A stretch of DNA of 64,000 nucleotides, taken from NCBI RefSeq assembly GCF_009914755.1, contig NC_060926.1, one strand, 5' to 3'. The notes under the pieces are model-generated. The model was given only the letters and a program-made list of their open reading frames with translations, made no database searches and was not told the DNA's origin. The position numbers and the translations under genes are program-made. This DNA comes from the human T2T-CHM13v2.0 reference genome, Homo sapiens. Below are positions 27,011 to 41,440 of this stretch, piece after piece. Within the stretch, counting starts at the first letter, position 1. Every line of letters begins with the position of its first letter.

Positions 27011-28579
27011 TTGATAGGTGATGGGCAGGTCTTTCCAGCTAAGATACGTTTGGATTTGACAGTGCAATACAGTGACCTTAGTTACAGGAGGATGGCCTTG
27101 CAGAGTATCCAGCAGCCCCAGGGCTTCTCATGGCTACTTCCCATTCCCTGTAGCTGTAGACGGAGGGAAGGCTGAGGGTTGCTCATTTGACAGGCATCAT
27201 TATCTTATTTCTCAGCTGATCAGAATCTGGCCAAAGAGTAAAATATTTCTCTTTTAATCTGGCAGTCATTTTCTTCTTTACTCTAAAGTCACTGAACAAG
27301 GTCAAGTTCAGGGAACTGAATTCCTCAGGAAAGGATTCCCTGATCATCTGGGAGACATTAGTTCATAGTTACGATGGGTGTGTCAAGGCCCCCGTGGCCT
27401 TCTCTCTCATAGTGTTCTAGTAAATTAAACCAAAGGTGGATTGTGTTGACCCAGGCATTAACTATGACTGTTTTCTATGGAGTGTTTCAGGTATACTTTG
27501 TGAGTTTTATGATCCCAGCTCTCTTTCTTTCTTATGGGATGGGTGGAGTGGTGATGGGCATTGTTTTTCAGTTATTGATTTAAATTAATAACAGATCATC
27601 CTGTCCAAACACTGGATTGTGTACACAGGTGAACAGGCTATTCATCTTTAGGTGTTTAAATCCTGACTCCTTTTGCATATTGGTATAGACAGATGATCAA
27701 GCTACAAAAATACGAGGATCATCTCCCAATGAGCCCTCTCATACAGCTTCTAAAAGGTTAACAAAATAAAAAAGAATCCGGTTTCTATACTGATTAGAAT
27801 CTATACTCTGATTTTTTTTAAAGTTGCAAATGTTAGGGAATGAATTGAATTCTATCTTTAGAGTAATCAAACTCGTTAGCCTCTTTGGAGAGCCCTGACT
27901 CCACTGCTATTATTAATTGTTTATTCTTTAATCAGCCCCTTCACTTCTCTGAACCTCAGCTCAGCTTCTTCATCTAAAGATGAGGGTAGGTTGTAAAACT
28001 ATATTACATCATTTTTTAAAATGTAGTTATTTTAATTCTATGATGTAAGGTCTTTTCTCCTCTACTGTCTTTGGACTATGGGCAAGAAGTACCTTTTATT
28101 TCATGTTACCATTAACATAGTGCCTTGGACATGGTAAATGTTTGACGTATATTTATTGGATGGAATGGAACAGAGTTAATTGTAACCACCTACAATTCCT
28201 CATTAGGTTGATTTCCCAATGGCAGACCCATTGAACATTCCCATTTTACGAGGTAGGAACTGGGAAGGAGGGTGAGCTCACCCCAGGGAGGTGAGCCCAC
28301 AGGCCCGTGGGCACAGTCTTGGGTGGTGGACTTAGACTAGAATCCAGCTCATTTACATCTCAGTCCAGTTTTTTTTTTTTTTCACCACATACAATAGCCC
28401 CTTGCATCTTGTTTGCGCTTACTTAGGGGGCAGAAAAGTAAATGATGTGAAAAATGTACATCATTTTAACCACACCTGGAATTATCAGAGTCCCAAATCA
28501 ATGACTCTTGAATTGTTTTTACATTTTCAAATAATTGAGCGTAAACACTATCTTGAAATTCATAGAAACCTTTGTGTCC

Positions 28580-30070
28580 TCAGGGTATGAGAATACAGGA
28601 AGGTGAGTGATAGTCACAGGGAGTGGGTGCATCTTATACGGGGTGGTCTGTGATGGTGTCTTGGAGGGAGTGACATTTAAGTAAAGACTTAAAGAAGGAG
28701 GAGAGTCAGCAATGCAGGTATCTTGGAAAGAACATTCAGGCAGTGAGAACATAGCAGGCAAAGGCAAAGGCACAGTTTACTCAGGCCATCATGGCTCTGC
28801 TGGAGTGAGGGAAGAGTGGAAGGCGAGGAGGTCAGAGACTCAACATCCCCATTGTATGCCAGGAAATGCAGAACCTTGGTAAAGACTTAATATTTTACAT
28901 AAATTAGATTCAAGTCATGGCAGGTAAGAGCAAAAGAGGCAAGTGATCTGATTTACATTTTAAAAGGATGGCTTCTATGGAGAATAAGTGGTAGGGGAGT
29001 GAGTGTGCAGGGCGGACCAGTTAGAAATTCAGGCAAAGGATAATGGCAATTTTGACTGGGTGAATATACCAGAAGTGGTAAGGAGTGATCATATTTAGGA
29101 TATATTTAGAAGGTAAACCCAATAGAATTTGCCAACAAACTGGAAGTGGATTGAAAGGTGGGAGGAAATCCAAAATGACTCCAAGATTTTTGACCTAAGC
29201 AATGAATAGAAAGGAGCCTCTGCTAAATGAGGCGGGGAGGGCAGAAGGAGAGGCAGACTGAGTGTGGGGGTAAGAATGAGACGAGAGTTGGTATTTGGAA
29301 ATGTAAGTTTTGTTTTTGTTTTTTGGGTTGTTTCTTTGTTTGCTTGAGACAGGGTTTCACTCTATTGCCCAGGCTGGAGTGTAGTGGTGTGAACACTGCT
29401 CACTGCAAACTCTGCCTCCCAGGCTCAGGTAATTCCTTCCACCTCAGCCTCCCAAATACCTGGGACTACAGGAGTGCGCCACCACACCTGAATAATTTTT
29501 TTTTTTTTTTTAGAGATATGGTTTTGCCATGTTGCCCAGGCTGGTCTCAAATGCCAGGGCTCAAGCAATTCTCCTGCCTCAGCTTCCCAAAGTGCTGGGA
29601 TTACAGGCGTAAGCCACCACACCAGGTTGGAAATGTAAGGTTTGACATTTATATTAGACATTCAAGTGGAGAAGTGAAGTGGGCAACTGAATGAAGTCTG
29701 GAGTTCAAGAGAAAGATCAGTTTGGATTCCTGAATTGGAAAATTCTTAGTGGAGAGATGGTGTTTAAAGAGAGAGAGAGAACTGGCTGGAGACATATCTG
29801 AGTTGATGAGAGAAGGGATCCACTGACCCTGTGGAGAGGTTGGCACCAGGCAAAAGCCCAGTTAATTCATTTTAACTAGGGGGCAGGCCAATTAGGGAAG
29901 TGAAGATATAGTTGGTAGACCTGTGAAAGTGTTCTTCTGTTAACTTCTATTTCTCAGTGAATTGAACAGAAAGCTCATCAGCTGAGAGAGAGGTGGATGA
30001 ATGAAAGACTGGGAGGTTGAGGACAGAGAAGAGTTGTGAACTAATTGCCAAGGAGAATGATGGCCTAGAG
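28580..30070 (-). mobile_element. L2 LINE fragment, interrupted by an Alu
   Basis: Purine-rich reverse L2 motifs (gtgacatttaag, tgatctgatttacattttaaaagga, gactccaagattttt, tattagacattcaagtggaga). Confidence 0.75.
29308..29626 (-). mobile_element. AluJ inserted in L2
   Basis: Reverse Alu; TSD ttggaaatgtaag at 29295-29307 and 29627-29639. Confidence 0.92.
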
Positions 30071-31470
30071 AAATGAATTAGGACCTCTGGACACCTTGCA
30101 CACTGCCTGGCTCAGAGTCAGGCTCAATAAATCTTCCCTGGATGAACAATGGCCCAAGAGCCTAAGGAAGGAGCCAAACTGAGGATTCAAATCTTAATAT
30201 AGTGCACAACTCAGCCTGTCAGATTTGGATCCATATTCAGTCATACATATTTGGCCAATTTCCTGAAGTTCCATTGAAGGAAACTATAAAAATTGTAATT
30301 TAAGCATCTTTCCTGGCAACCCCAAAGAGGGGCTCCAACCTTTGCCAAATGATAGAATTACAGACTTTCTCCTTGGAAAGCTCCCTTCCTAAATAGAGGT
30401 TTTTTTGTTGCTGTGTTTAATCTCCCAGTATAGTACTGTTCTCTTTATTTGTACCTTTTTTATTCCTTATAGGTTTTTAAACATGTTTCCCGGCATCCAT
30501 CATTTTAACAGCCCCTCTTCCCTTTTTCCACACAAAAATTCTTCCTTACATGTCCCCTAGGAATATCTCATTAATTTCATGTGTTTACAAACTTTTTACC
30601 GTCCTACAAAGGTCCTTCCCTCTACCCCCAGAGAAGTATCTAGTCAGGGAAATAACATATGTGAACTAAAGGCTCAGCATTCTTTTCTGCTCATTCATTT
30701 ACATTTGCAAAGTCTCCTGAGCCTTTAGCTGCCTTTTAAATAGATGATTCACTTGCTTGTGGAGAATTTCAATAATTTTTTGGTAACAGTTCTTGGTTTT
30801 CAGACAGAAAACCTTCCTATGGAAGGATATCTTTCAAATTTTTGAGACTCACAAACTTTGACCAGAGAATAATTCTCTAGGGAGCTAATGCCAGGTTCTG
30901 CTTCTCCTTATTTCATTTTTTTTTTCTTTCTAAGAACATATCTCAGGCCCTTTTGATTGAAACCAATTCTTCTGTGAAGTAGGAAAACTATCTTTAGAAT
31001 TTACTCAAGTCTACGACTTAATTTTTTGGAAAAGATCTATGATATAGGCAACATTTGGAAGCTATGCTTCTTTAGATAGATAGAAATATGTAAGTAGGGG
31101 ATTTTAATTTTTTATTTTACTTTTGAAACATAACAGAAATATACAGAAAACACACCATTGCTTCTTTTATTCCACACCTTTTTTTCTGGAGTATATCCTT
31201 TAGTAGGTCTTTCAACAATACTCTATTTAATGTCTCTCAGTTTTTCCCTGAAATGTCTATATTTTACCCTCACTCCTGAATAATTTAATTGGCTGTATAT
31301 TTCTAGTATGATTTTTTCTAGTATTTCTAATATGATTTTTATTTTTTGCTCAGCATATTGATGTATTTGTCCATTGTCATCTGGTCTGTATGGTGGCTGT
31401 TAAGAAGTCTATGATAAGTCTAAATATTCCTTTTTTAGATAAATTGTCTGTCATCTTGGATGGCTTTTAA

Positions 31471-31825
<355 letters not shown>

Positions 31826-32507
31826 TAACTTTCCCCTATTCCCTTTCCTTTTCATATTCTGAAACTCTTATTAGGCATAGGTTAGCCATCTTATTTTTTC
31901 CACCATGCTTTTAATGTCTATTTATTAGTTTTAGTCTCTATCTCTATGATAATTCTGGACAACTCTTTAGATAGATCTTCTAATTTCCTGATTCTTCATC
32001 TTTATCTTCTCTACCATTTTATTGAGTCATTGCATTCTTAATACTAACTGATTTTTTATTGTACTTCTAGAAATTCTATTTTCATTTTGTTGTTACTTTC
32101 TTACGCTTCTGATTATACCCTTAATTATTTACATACACATATTTTAAAGTCTCTAGTCAATTGTTCTATTATCTCAAGTATTTGCACCTCCAATCCTCCC
32201 GTTAGCTGGATCTGTTTATTTTCACTCATGTTGGATTTTTTTAAACTTCCTCTGTTTTATAATTTTTGACCATCAGTTCATCCTTAGTGGGGCTTGTTTT
32301 CATGCAAGAATCCCCTGCAGCTATGGGAGCATCCATCCATGGATTTTTCATGTGTTTTACAGGCGTCCCATGGGCATCACTGGCTCTGGTTTTGAGGTTC
32401 CTGGGGTAACATATATTTGAACCACTAATTTGAGAGAAGGTTAGGCCTGGGATTTGCATTTTGCAGGATGCTTTTATTCACTCATAGCCAGATGAGTTTC
32501 CCTATGA

Positions 32508-32873
<366 letters not shown>

Positions 32874-33129
32874 TAACCTTTCAGTGGTGTCCTTTGAGAG
32901 TCCAGGCTTTACGTAGCCATCTCAGCACCTTTTGTAGACACGCAATCTTGTCTCTGTCCCTCCATAGCCATTAAAATCCAAGCCAGGAAAGTATCTGACC
33001 AACTCCTGACGCCTCCCCACACTGGCTGAAATATCAACACAGAAGCTTGCCTTCTTAGTTTGAATTTTCTTTTTTCCTTTGGCACCCAAGTATTTCCCAT
33101 TCTTTCCTGAAACTTGAAGCAGAAATAAA

Positions 33130-34290
33130 AGAACTTCCACAATGTTCCATTTCATATCTACTCACCTGCCACAACTGTGCTCTACCTTTCCTCTCATTAC
33201 TATGGATGAACCATCTGTGCCTATAGGGCCATTCCTTATACTTGTACACCAGCTCCCATTCCCTCTCACCTGTTCAAGGACACCACTCTTGTAATTCTCC
33301 GTTCTCTCCCTCTCTCTGTCTCTCTCTTTCTCCTCTCTCTGTCTCTGTCCTCCTCTCTGTCTCTCTCTTTCTCCTCTCCCTCTCTCTTTCTCCTCTCTCT
33401 GTCTCTCTCTTTCTCCTCTCCCTGTCTCTCTGTCTCTCACTCTCTCTCTCTCTCTCTCTCACTCTCTCTCTCTCTCTCCTGCACTAATTTTCCTCTTGTT
33501 CTTGGATTACTCCTATCAGCATGCTGGTATTTCTATTATTTTTTTTTTTTTCTGAAAAAAAAAAAAAAGAAAGAAACCTCAGTTTATCTTTCCACCCATC
33601 TAGTGTCCCACTTCTCTTGTTACAGAAAATTTCTCAAAGTTTTTGCCTCTAATTCCTCTCCTTCATTCCCCTTTTACACTCATTCCAATCAAACCTTTGT
33701 CCTCACCATTCCACCAAAAGTACTCTTTCAAGTTCACCAATGACCTCCACATTGCTAATTCAATTCTCGGTCATTATCTTACTTGACCTAGTAGCATAAT
33801 GTGAAGTAATAGATGATTCCCTTCCCCTGGAAATCCTTTAATCTTGCTATGTTTAGGACTCTGCATTTTGTTTGTTTTCCTTCTTTCACATCAGTCACTT
33901 CTCAGTCTCATTTGCTATTTATTCCTTTTCTCCCCAAACTCTGGAGTACCTCAGAGTTCAGTCCTTGGATGTCTTCTCTTTTCTAGCCCTATTCAGTTTA
34001 CTGATGATCCCATCCAGTCTGAAGCGTTTAAAGGCCCTTTGTAAGTTAACAACTCCCAGATGTATACCTGTAGCTTGTATCTCACTCCTAAGTTTCAAAT
34101 TTATATATCAAACTGTCCACTCAACATCTCCAGTGGGCTGTGTAGTAGACTTTTCAAATATATCTTGTCCAAAAATGACCTCCTGCTATTTCTTATCAAT
34201 CATGCTCTTCCCCATCTTAGTTAATGGCAGCTCCATCCTTCTGATAGTTCAGGCAAAAACCTTGGAGTCACTGTTGACTTCTTCCCCTCC
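33130..34290 (+). mobile_element. L2 LINE fragment
   Basis: Pyrimidine-rich L2 motifs (caccaatgacctccacattgctaa, aactcccagatgtata, caggcaaaaaccttggagtca). Confidence 0.8.
33302..33480. repeat. (CT)n-derived compound microsatellite
   Basis: ~180 bp of ctctct/ctgtct/ctttctcct units. Confidence 0.9.
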
Positions 34291-35601
34291 CCTTGGATCT
34301 GAAAATAAAGCTCTGGAATCAGGGCAGTTGTTCCACTCAAATGAATAAAATGGTATGAACACAGAACAAAGGGAGCCTATGTTCTGTTAGGAAGGGGTAA
34401 GAGAACAAATAAGTGTGACATGAAACTGAACATGCCACATGGGAAGCTTAAAATGCTATATGGGTTGGAAGGTGGGAGAGCTAATGCCTAGAAATAGAGA
34501 TTCTGATAGGCATCTAAAAGGCACAGGCTTCTGAGATGTTCTGAGATGTTCCTGAAGGTTGTGTATGATTGGATTACTTACAGTGGGGGTGAGTGGGAAT
34601 TCCAGGCAGAAGGAGCAACTGAGCAAGACCCACATCTTCACAGTTAGCTCTGCCTTCCCCTGGAGTAGGACTCTTTCTGCCTACCCTGGCAATATGTCTC
34701 CTGGGAGCCCTTCGTAATGCCTGGACCCCAATTCCACCCCATCTTACCCGCCAACATAGATCAAATCACAGTTGCTCTGTTTCACCAACATTAACTTCCA
34801 AATTGTCTCTCACAGGCTTCCCGCTCTCAATTCATGTTACCCCCATCCCAGTCCACACTTCCTCTCCTATGTTGTGTCTCATTGCCTATCTCTTGGCCTT
34901 TGGGCTGCCTCCCCCTCTGTCCATTCTGTTCACTGCAGCCAGATTGACGGTAACAGCGATGATGACTCTTTTGAACAACATGTAAGAGCCTATTCTGCAC
35001 CACGCCTTGCTCTCAAGGAGGCTTGTAATCAAGAAAAAAAAAAAAAAACAACTTGGAAACATCTACAGGATACAGATGTTTCTATAAAACTTAACATAAT
35101 ACAACTGGCACAGGAGAAAAAATGATAAATTCTATCAGGGAGGGTGGGAGCAATTATAGAAATCACTCAAAATTTATATGTGGCTCCTCATCATCTGTAG
35201 AATTAAGATCTTCCATAACATGCCCCTAGCTACCCATTCTGCTTTGTTACCCCCCCAGTGCCCTTCATGTACCCCGCCTTCTAACCAAAGTGCTCTGTTT
35301 GCACATGGGCCCTGAGCCTTCCCTCTCCATGCTTGTGCTCTTGCTGCTCCATCTGCTTGCAATACAAGTGCCCTACCTTGCGTGTGTAAATGCTACTCAG
35401 TATGTAAAACAACACAGTGCCCTGCACATAACAAACACTAAATAGTGTCAGTCGTCTTCATCATTATCATCATCATTATTCTGGAAAGATTAGTTCAATT
35501 CTCACATCTCTTAATTTTTAAAGTCACTTATGGTCTTGCTTGTGTTGCAGACATACAATCTTATTTCCTTGCCTTTGAGGGCAGGGAGTGAGTCACATAA
35601 G

Positions 35602-35688
35602 ATTATCTTCCCCTTTGGCAATAGAAAAGTACCTGGCTACACGCTACCATTAGCCAGGTACTTTTTGATTGCCAGAGGGAAAGATAAT
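35602..35688. repeat. Inverted repeat / hairpin, 38-bp arms and 11-nt loop
   Basis: Left arm attatcttcccctttggcaatagaaaagtacctggcta; right arm tagccaggtactttttgattgccagagggaaagataat; 34/38 Watson-Crick pairs. Confidence 0.95.
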
Positions 35689-37720
35689 GGTGAATAGTGT
35701 GGAAAATGCTATTTGTTTTATCTGTTTTATTTCAATTCATTTCCCACTTATTATAAAATGAAATACTTAGAAATGACTCTTTTCACTTGTTGAGTTAAAT
35801 GGCCATAAATTGAAGACCCAATCTAATTCAAATAGGATGGAGTGAACCTCTGAACTTCCTCAAAGAATGCCTTAAAATACAAAATGATTGAGTGAGTCCA
35901 ACCTCAAATCACAGCTGATTCAAGATACCCTTTCTCCGTAACACAACTTACACCCAACAGTTGACTGGTTTAGTCAGAGGCAGTCACCCAGGGCTTAAAC
36001 AGCCTGTAAAAAGAAGTTGTAAGGAAATCTGAGTATGTCAGTTGGATGTGGTTAATAGGGAAGAGGGTGTTCTGGATGGGGAGATATTGAATGACAAGGG
36101 TGAGAAGGATAATCTTCTGAGTGGAAAGAGGACAGGACACTCACTTTAGTTGGTGGCAGCCCCTTCTCCTTCTTCCCCCACTTCTAACATGGCCCCTCCC
36201 TATGTCTGCTCTCAGAATCCAAACCTTCTCCTTGGCTCTGCTTTATGAACAGTGTGGTGTTTGAGTTCTGTGTGTTGGATACAGTCAGGTCAACATAGCT
36301 TCAAGTCCTGGCAGCTTCACTCCTTCTGCAGTCTTGTACAGATCTCTGCTCTTACTGCAAGCCCACACTTCATAGGCATACGAAAATAATATACCCACTG
36401 GAGCCATCTACCATGAGTAGAAGTAGGATATGGCCAAGCTTTCATTCACTTGAGGAAGTGATTAGTACATGTTTCCCAGGCAAAACTCATAGTATTTGTT
36501 TCAGAAATTTAGATATTTTAACTTCACATCCTTCATACCCACCCCTTTTGGTTTCTTCTACCTAAATTTTGTGCAAAGACTTAAAAAATATCCACCCACC
36601 TCACCCCCATCCCCACACTCCCTTGTACTCTTTTTCTTGGCTTGGAAATTTAATTTTTTTTCAAAGCATGCTCCACTCTAAAATATAGTACATAGCGGAG
36701 ATGGCGCTACGTAGAGAAAAGGTCATGGGCTTTGGGGCCACATAGCCTGGATTTAAATCCTGGCTTTGCCACCTACTTTCTAGAACATAAGAATGTGAGG
36801 TACAGATTGGGGAGCCCCCTTCCCTCCACCAATCCAACCCAATGCAAGGTTGGAAAGATTGCTCATAGCTAAGAACAGAAGGTGCCACACCGTGCCACAG
36901 AGTTTCTAAGAGGGAGTGAACCAACAGCACCTTTATGATGACTTCTCTCTCGTCTTTATTAAGGAAATGAGAGAAAAGAATAGAAAGTTCCCTTCCTGTG
37001 CAATCAGTGACTCCCGACTTGCCCCACCCCACCCCACCACCACCACCACTTCCCTCAACCTCCCATCTTAGTCAGGTCCTGGCTCAGCTGAGCACTAAAC
37101 CACTGAACTGACAGATAGCCTGATGATGCAAGGGTATGGGAGAAAGTGGAGCAGAAAGGGTGAATGGGAGGTTGAGGGGTCAGGGAAGACAGCTTGGCTT
37201 CTTACCACTCAATGGAGGAACAAAGATAGAAACTTTCTCCATGTAGGTCAATCAAGAAAATAGTGTAGAAAGTAGCTGAGACCTAGGCCATCATGATATG
37301 GTCACTCCAAAACCCATCCATCAAGGATGGTGAAAAGAGACGGTGGTGAAATGGACTGAGGGGCGGACTTCACATGTGCAGTGAGGGTGGAGAGGTGCTT
37401 CAGTGAGTTCCCTCCTTCACCACTACCAGCCAAAGAACCAATCCACGAACCCAGAGGAAAGCCCACCTATGCAACCAAGAGGTAGCACATTTTCTGTGGG
37501 TCAAACAACAGAAGAGGAGACTGAGCCAAGACAATCTGCCCACCACTGACAAACAGGCAAACACACAGGTAACTCCTTCCTCTATCACCCGCCCCAGGCA
37601 CCAACATCAGTGTTGCTAGGCCTAAGACATAGATAGGATGGAGAGAGATGAGACCAACACTGTAACAATCAGACAAGACTACAAATCACTGAGTCATGCT
37701 AAATGTATTTGATGCACTGA

Positions 37721-38047
<327 letters not shown>

Positions 38048-39724
38048 TGAGATACTGTTAAAACTCAGTTTTACATTTTCCCCTCCAGCTAGTGTGTCTA
38101 AGGTAGACACTGGTCAAAACTGTTGATATTCATTATTTGGAAATATAAAAGCAGTCGGTGCTTGTCTTTTCCTGATGTGGCGCATTTCTCAACCAAGCCT
38201 GCCTGTTATACTCTCTGTACAACCCTGGCCAAATTCTTTAACCTCCTGAACTGCCTTCCTATTCTGAAGATCAACCCATCTCACAGCACTGCAGGTTAAG
38301 AAAGCTCCTGCACAAAACCCTTAAATGTTAGTTCCCTGGCACCGAGAAGTAGGTGGGAAGTTGGCTTAGCCAGAGAAGTAGTAAATTATCTATTCTACCC
38401 TTTTGTAGACATTAACTACATTGCTAGAGAAAGAGAACATGCCCTCTTGTTCTTTTTCCTCCTACCGGTCACAGCTTAAATGTCACTTTCTCAGGGAGGT
38501 CTGTCTTGGCCACCCTACCCAAAGAAGGTGGTGTCCTGTTTTATTCTTTAGTACATTTCCTGTTATTTCCTCCGCAGTCCTAATCAGGACGTGAGCTTAG
38601 TAATTAACTTACTTGTCAAGTTGTTTCTTATCTCCATGCTGCCCCTGTTACATTACCCGAGGTCAGGCCCCTCTCTGTTTTCTCCCTCTTGTATTTCCAG
38701 TGCCTTTAAATTTGTACCACTTAAATGTGGTAAATCTTGTTCCTGAAGGTTCCAGGGCCTTGACTTGCATGTTCTTTTCCCTTATTTAAAGAATCTGAAA
38801 TAAATTATCTACTTAGTTTGGTCCTTCCTGTGGCTGTTTGCTTGCTTTGGCAGAGTGAAAGTGAAATGTATTTTAATTTTTTTTTAACTTTACAGAAGCC
38901 ATTAATATAAACCATAGAAATGGTGAGTTTCAATACCTGAAGTTCTGTGAATAATTACTGGGTGGAGCTATTCACACAGGCAATTTTCTGCTTTCCCCAT
39001 GAGATAAAACCCCAAAAATGTGTTACTATAGCAGCCTGTTTCCTTACTGAGACAGAAACAAAGCAACCTATGAATTAACGTCAACCATTCCCCTGTACTG
39101 TGTATCCTCCCAGTTCTTAGTCTCAATGTGCCAGCAGATACACCAAATGTTGGGTTAGTGAAATGTCTGACACCTACACATGTGGAATAAAACGTGCACG
39201 TACACAAACTATAATTTAGCAGTATCAGTAGTAACTGCAAACTGAAAAAACAAAAAGGAAGTTGCATTTAAACAGTGGTGGGCAGTCACCTCAACAGCAT
39301 TGGGAAAGGGCTGTGCCCTAATTTGGGAAAATTTTCTCATTTTCCTGTTGACTTTGGCCCAGCAAAACGAATGGATTCCATTGGGATGCTCCCTGGTGAA
39401 AATCCTACCATCCTGAGCAAATTCAATGGCCAGCTCATGTCCAGTTCCTGTCATTAGTCAGGTTTCACATGAACAAGTGTGGTTTTCGAGAGCTAAGTAC
39501 TTTCCACAGACAAAGCACCATAAAGCCACTTCTGTGACAGTGAAGTGAAGGCAGTGACATGTGGAACCCTTGTGGAATCTAGAGAAAGGGCTCAGAAAGC
39601 CCCCTATGCACCCATGGCTGGGCTCCCAAGAGGCCCCATCTAGTCCAAGATGGTTTCTCAGAAGCACTGAATCCAGAAGGCCATTTAGTAAGCAAAGTCA
39701 TTTCTCATGGCATTGGTCCCTTTA

Positions 39725-40125
<401 letters not shown>

Positions 40126-40380
40126 ACCTGCCTCTGAAGAGCAGATCTTTGCTCCTCAAAGTGAGCCAGGACCCACAGCATTACATTTCTGATGCAAAGC
40201 CGCAGGCCCACGCCAGACCTGCCGACTGAGAAACTGCATGTTCACAAAAACCCACAAGAGTCATGAGCCTAGTGAAAGATGAGGCACACTTGCTGATTTT
40301 GTAGATGCTCAAAATAAACTTTGTAGAAAAATAGGCCTGGCAAATATGAGCTCATGGAGGAGAGGAATGGTGCTTTACTC

Positions 40381-40681
40381 TTTTTTTTTTTTTTTTTTTT
40401 TGAGAGGAGTCTCCCTCTGTTGCCCAGGCTGGAGTGCAGTGGCGCAATCTTGGCTCACTGCAAGCTCCGCCTCCTGGGTTCACGCCATTCTCCTGCCTCA
40501 GCCTCCTGAGTAGCTGGGACTACAGGTGCCTGCCACCACGCCTGGCTAATTTTTTCTATTTTTAGTAGAGATGGGGTTTCACCATGTTAACCAGGATAGT
40601 CTCGGTCTTCTGATCTCGTTATCAGCCCGCCTCTGCCTCCCAAAGTGCTGGGAGTACAGGCATGAGCCACCGCGCCCGGCC
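40381..40681 (-). mobile_element. AluY
   Basis: Reverse Alu with Y diagnostics; TSD ctttactc on both sides. Confidence 0.93.
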
Positions 40682-41019
40682 ACTTTACTCATTTTTTAAC
40701 TACCAGTGCCTGTAGAAAACTAAGCATATGAAATATGAGTTGAACAAATGAGTGGATAAAGTGAGGGATTACTGCACTGTGTGGACACTGTCCTGGGCCA
40801 CACAGAGCCCCTTTTAGCCATTCATCTCATCTACCATCTCCGACTCCCCATGTCCCGTGACACAGGATATCCAAGGCCTGGGTTTTGAGTCCTGGTTCTA
40901 CTTCTTCCAACATTGGGCAGGCCACCCTTGCTCTACACCTCAGTTTCCCCAGCTGGAGGTAAAATGTAATAAAAACAAAACCAAACACTAGATTGGTGCA
41001 GGGCTATGATGGGCTAGCC

Positions 41020-41255
41020 ATCCCGGCCCAGAGTGGGATCATTGTGAAGAGCTCCAGGGCTGAGCCTGGGTGGTCTGTTGAGGCCATCGTGGGTTTGCAT
41101 GCAGCTCAACTTCCTCCTCTGGCCACTCCCGCTTGCTTTCCCTCCCTTCAACAGGTGTTGATCAAAACATAATATAAAATAAAACCTCCCCCCAAAACAT
41201 CCTGGATGCTAAACTTCATCTCAGAGGCTGCTTCACTGGGAGCACTGCCCATAGC
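41020..41255 (+). mobile_element. LTR16-like ERVL LTR fragment
   Basis: cagctcaacttcctcctctg...caggtgttgatc...catctcagaggctgcttc resembles the LTR16 3' part. Confidence 0.55.
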
Positions 41256-41268
41256 ACTTGTGAAAGGA

Positions 41269-41440
41269 AAGCTGGTCCTCACCTAAGATCTAAGATTGTT
41301 TTGTGGGAATTTACTGAGCAGCTTCTGGGTTGAGGGAAATCAGAAATGAATATTAAGCTGGTCCTCACCTAAGATCTAAGGTGGTTTTGTGGGAATTTAC
41401 TGAGCAGCTTCTGGGTTGAGGAAAATTAGAAATGAATATT
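41269..41440. repeat. Tandem duplication, 2 x 86 bp (82/86 identical)
   Basis: Unit aagctggtcctcacctaagatctaag...gaaatgaatatt at 41269-41354 and 41355-41440. Confidence 0.95.

Noticed and set aside
29227-29694. 155-aa ORF and similar ones (2300, 22871, 32553, 57367)
   Set aside because: Antisense-Alu translations (LSPRLECSG and PKCWDYR signatures).
33162-33487. Arg/Glu-rich and Leu/Ser-rich ORFs
   Set aside because: Translations of the CT/GA microsatellite.
41269-41440. CRISPR-like array
   Set aside because: Two abutting copies with no spacers, in primate DNA without cas genes.
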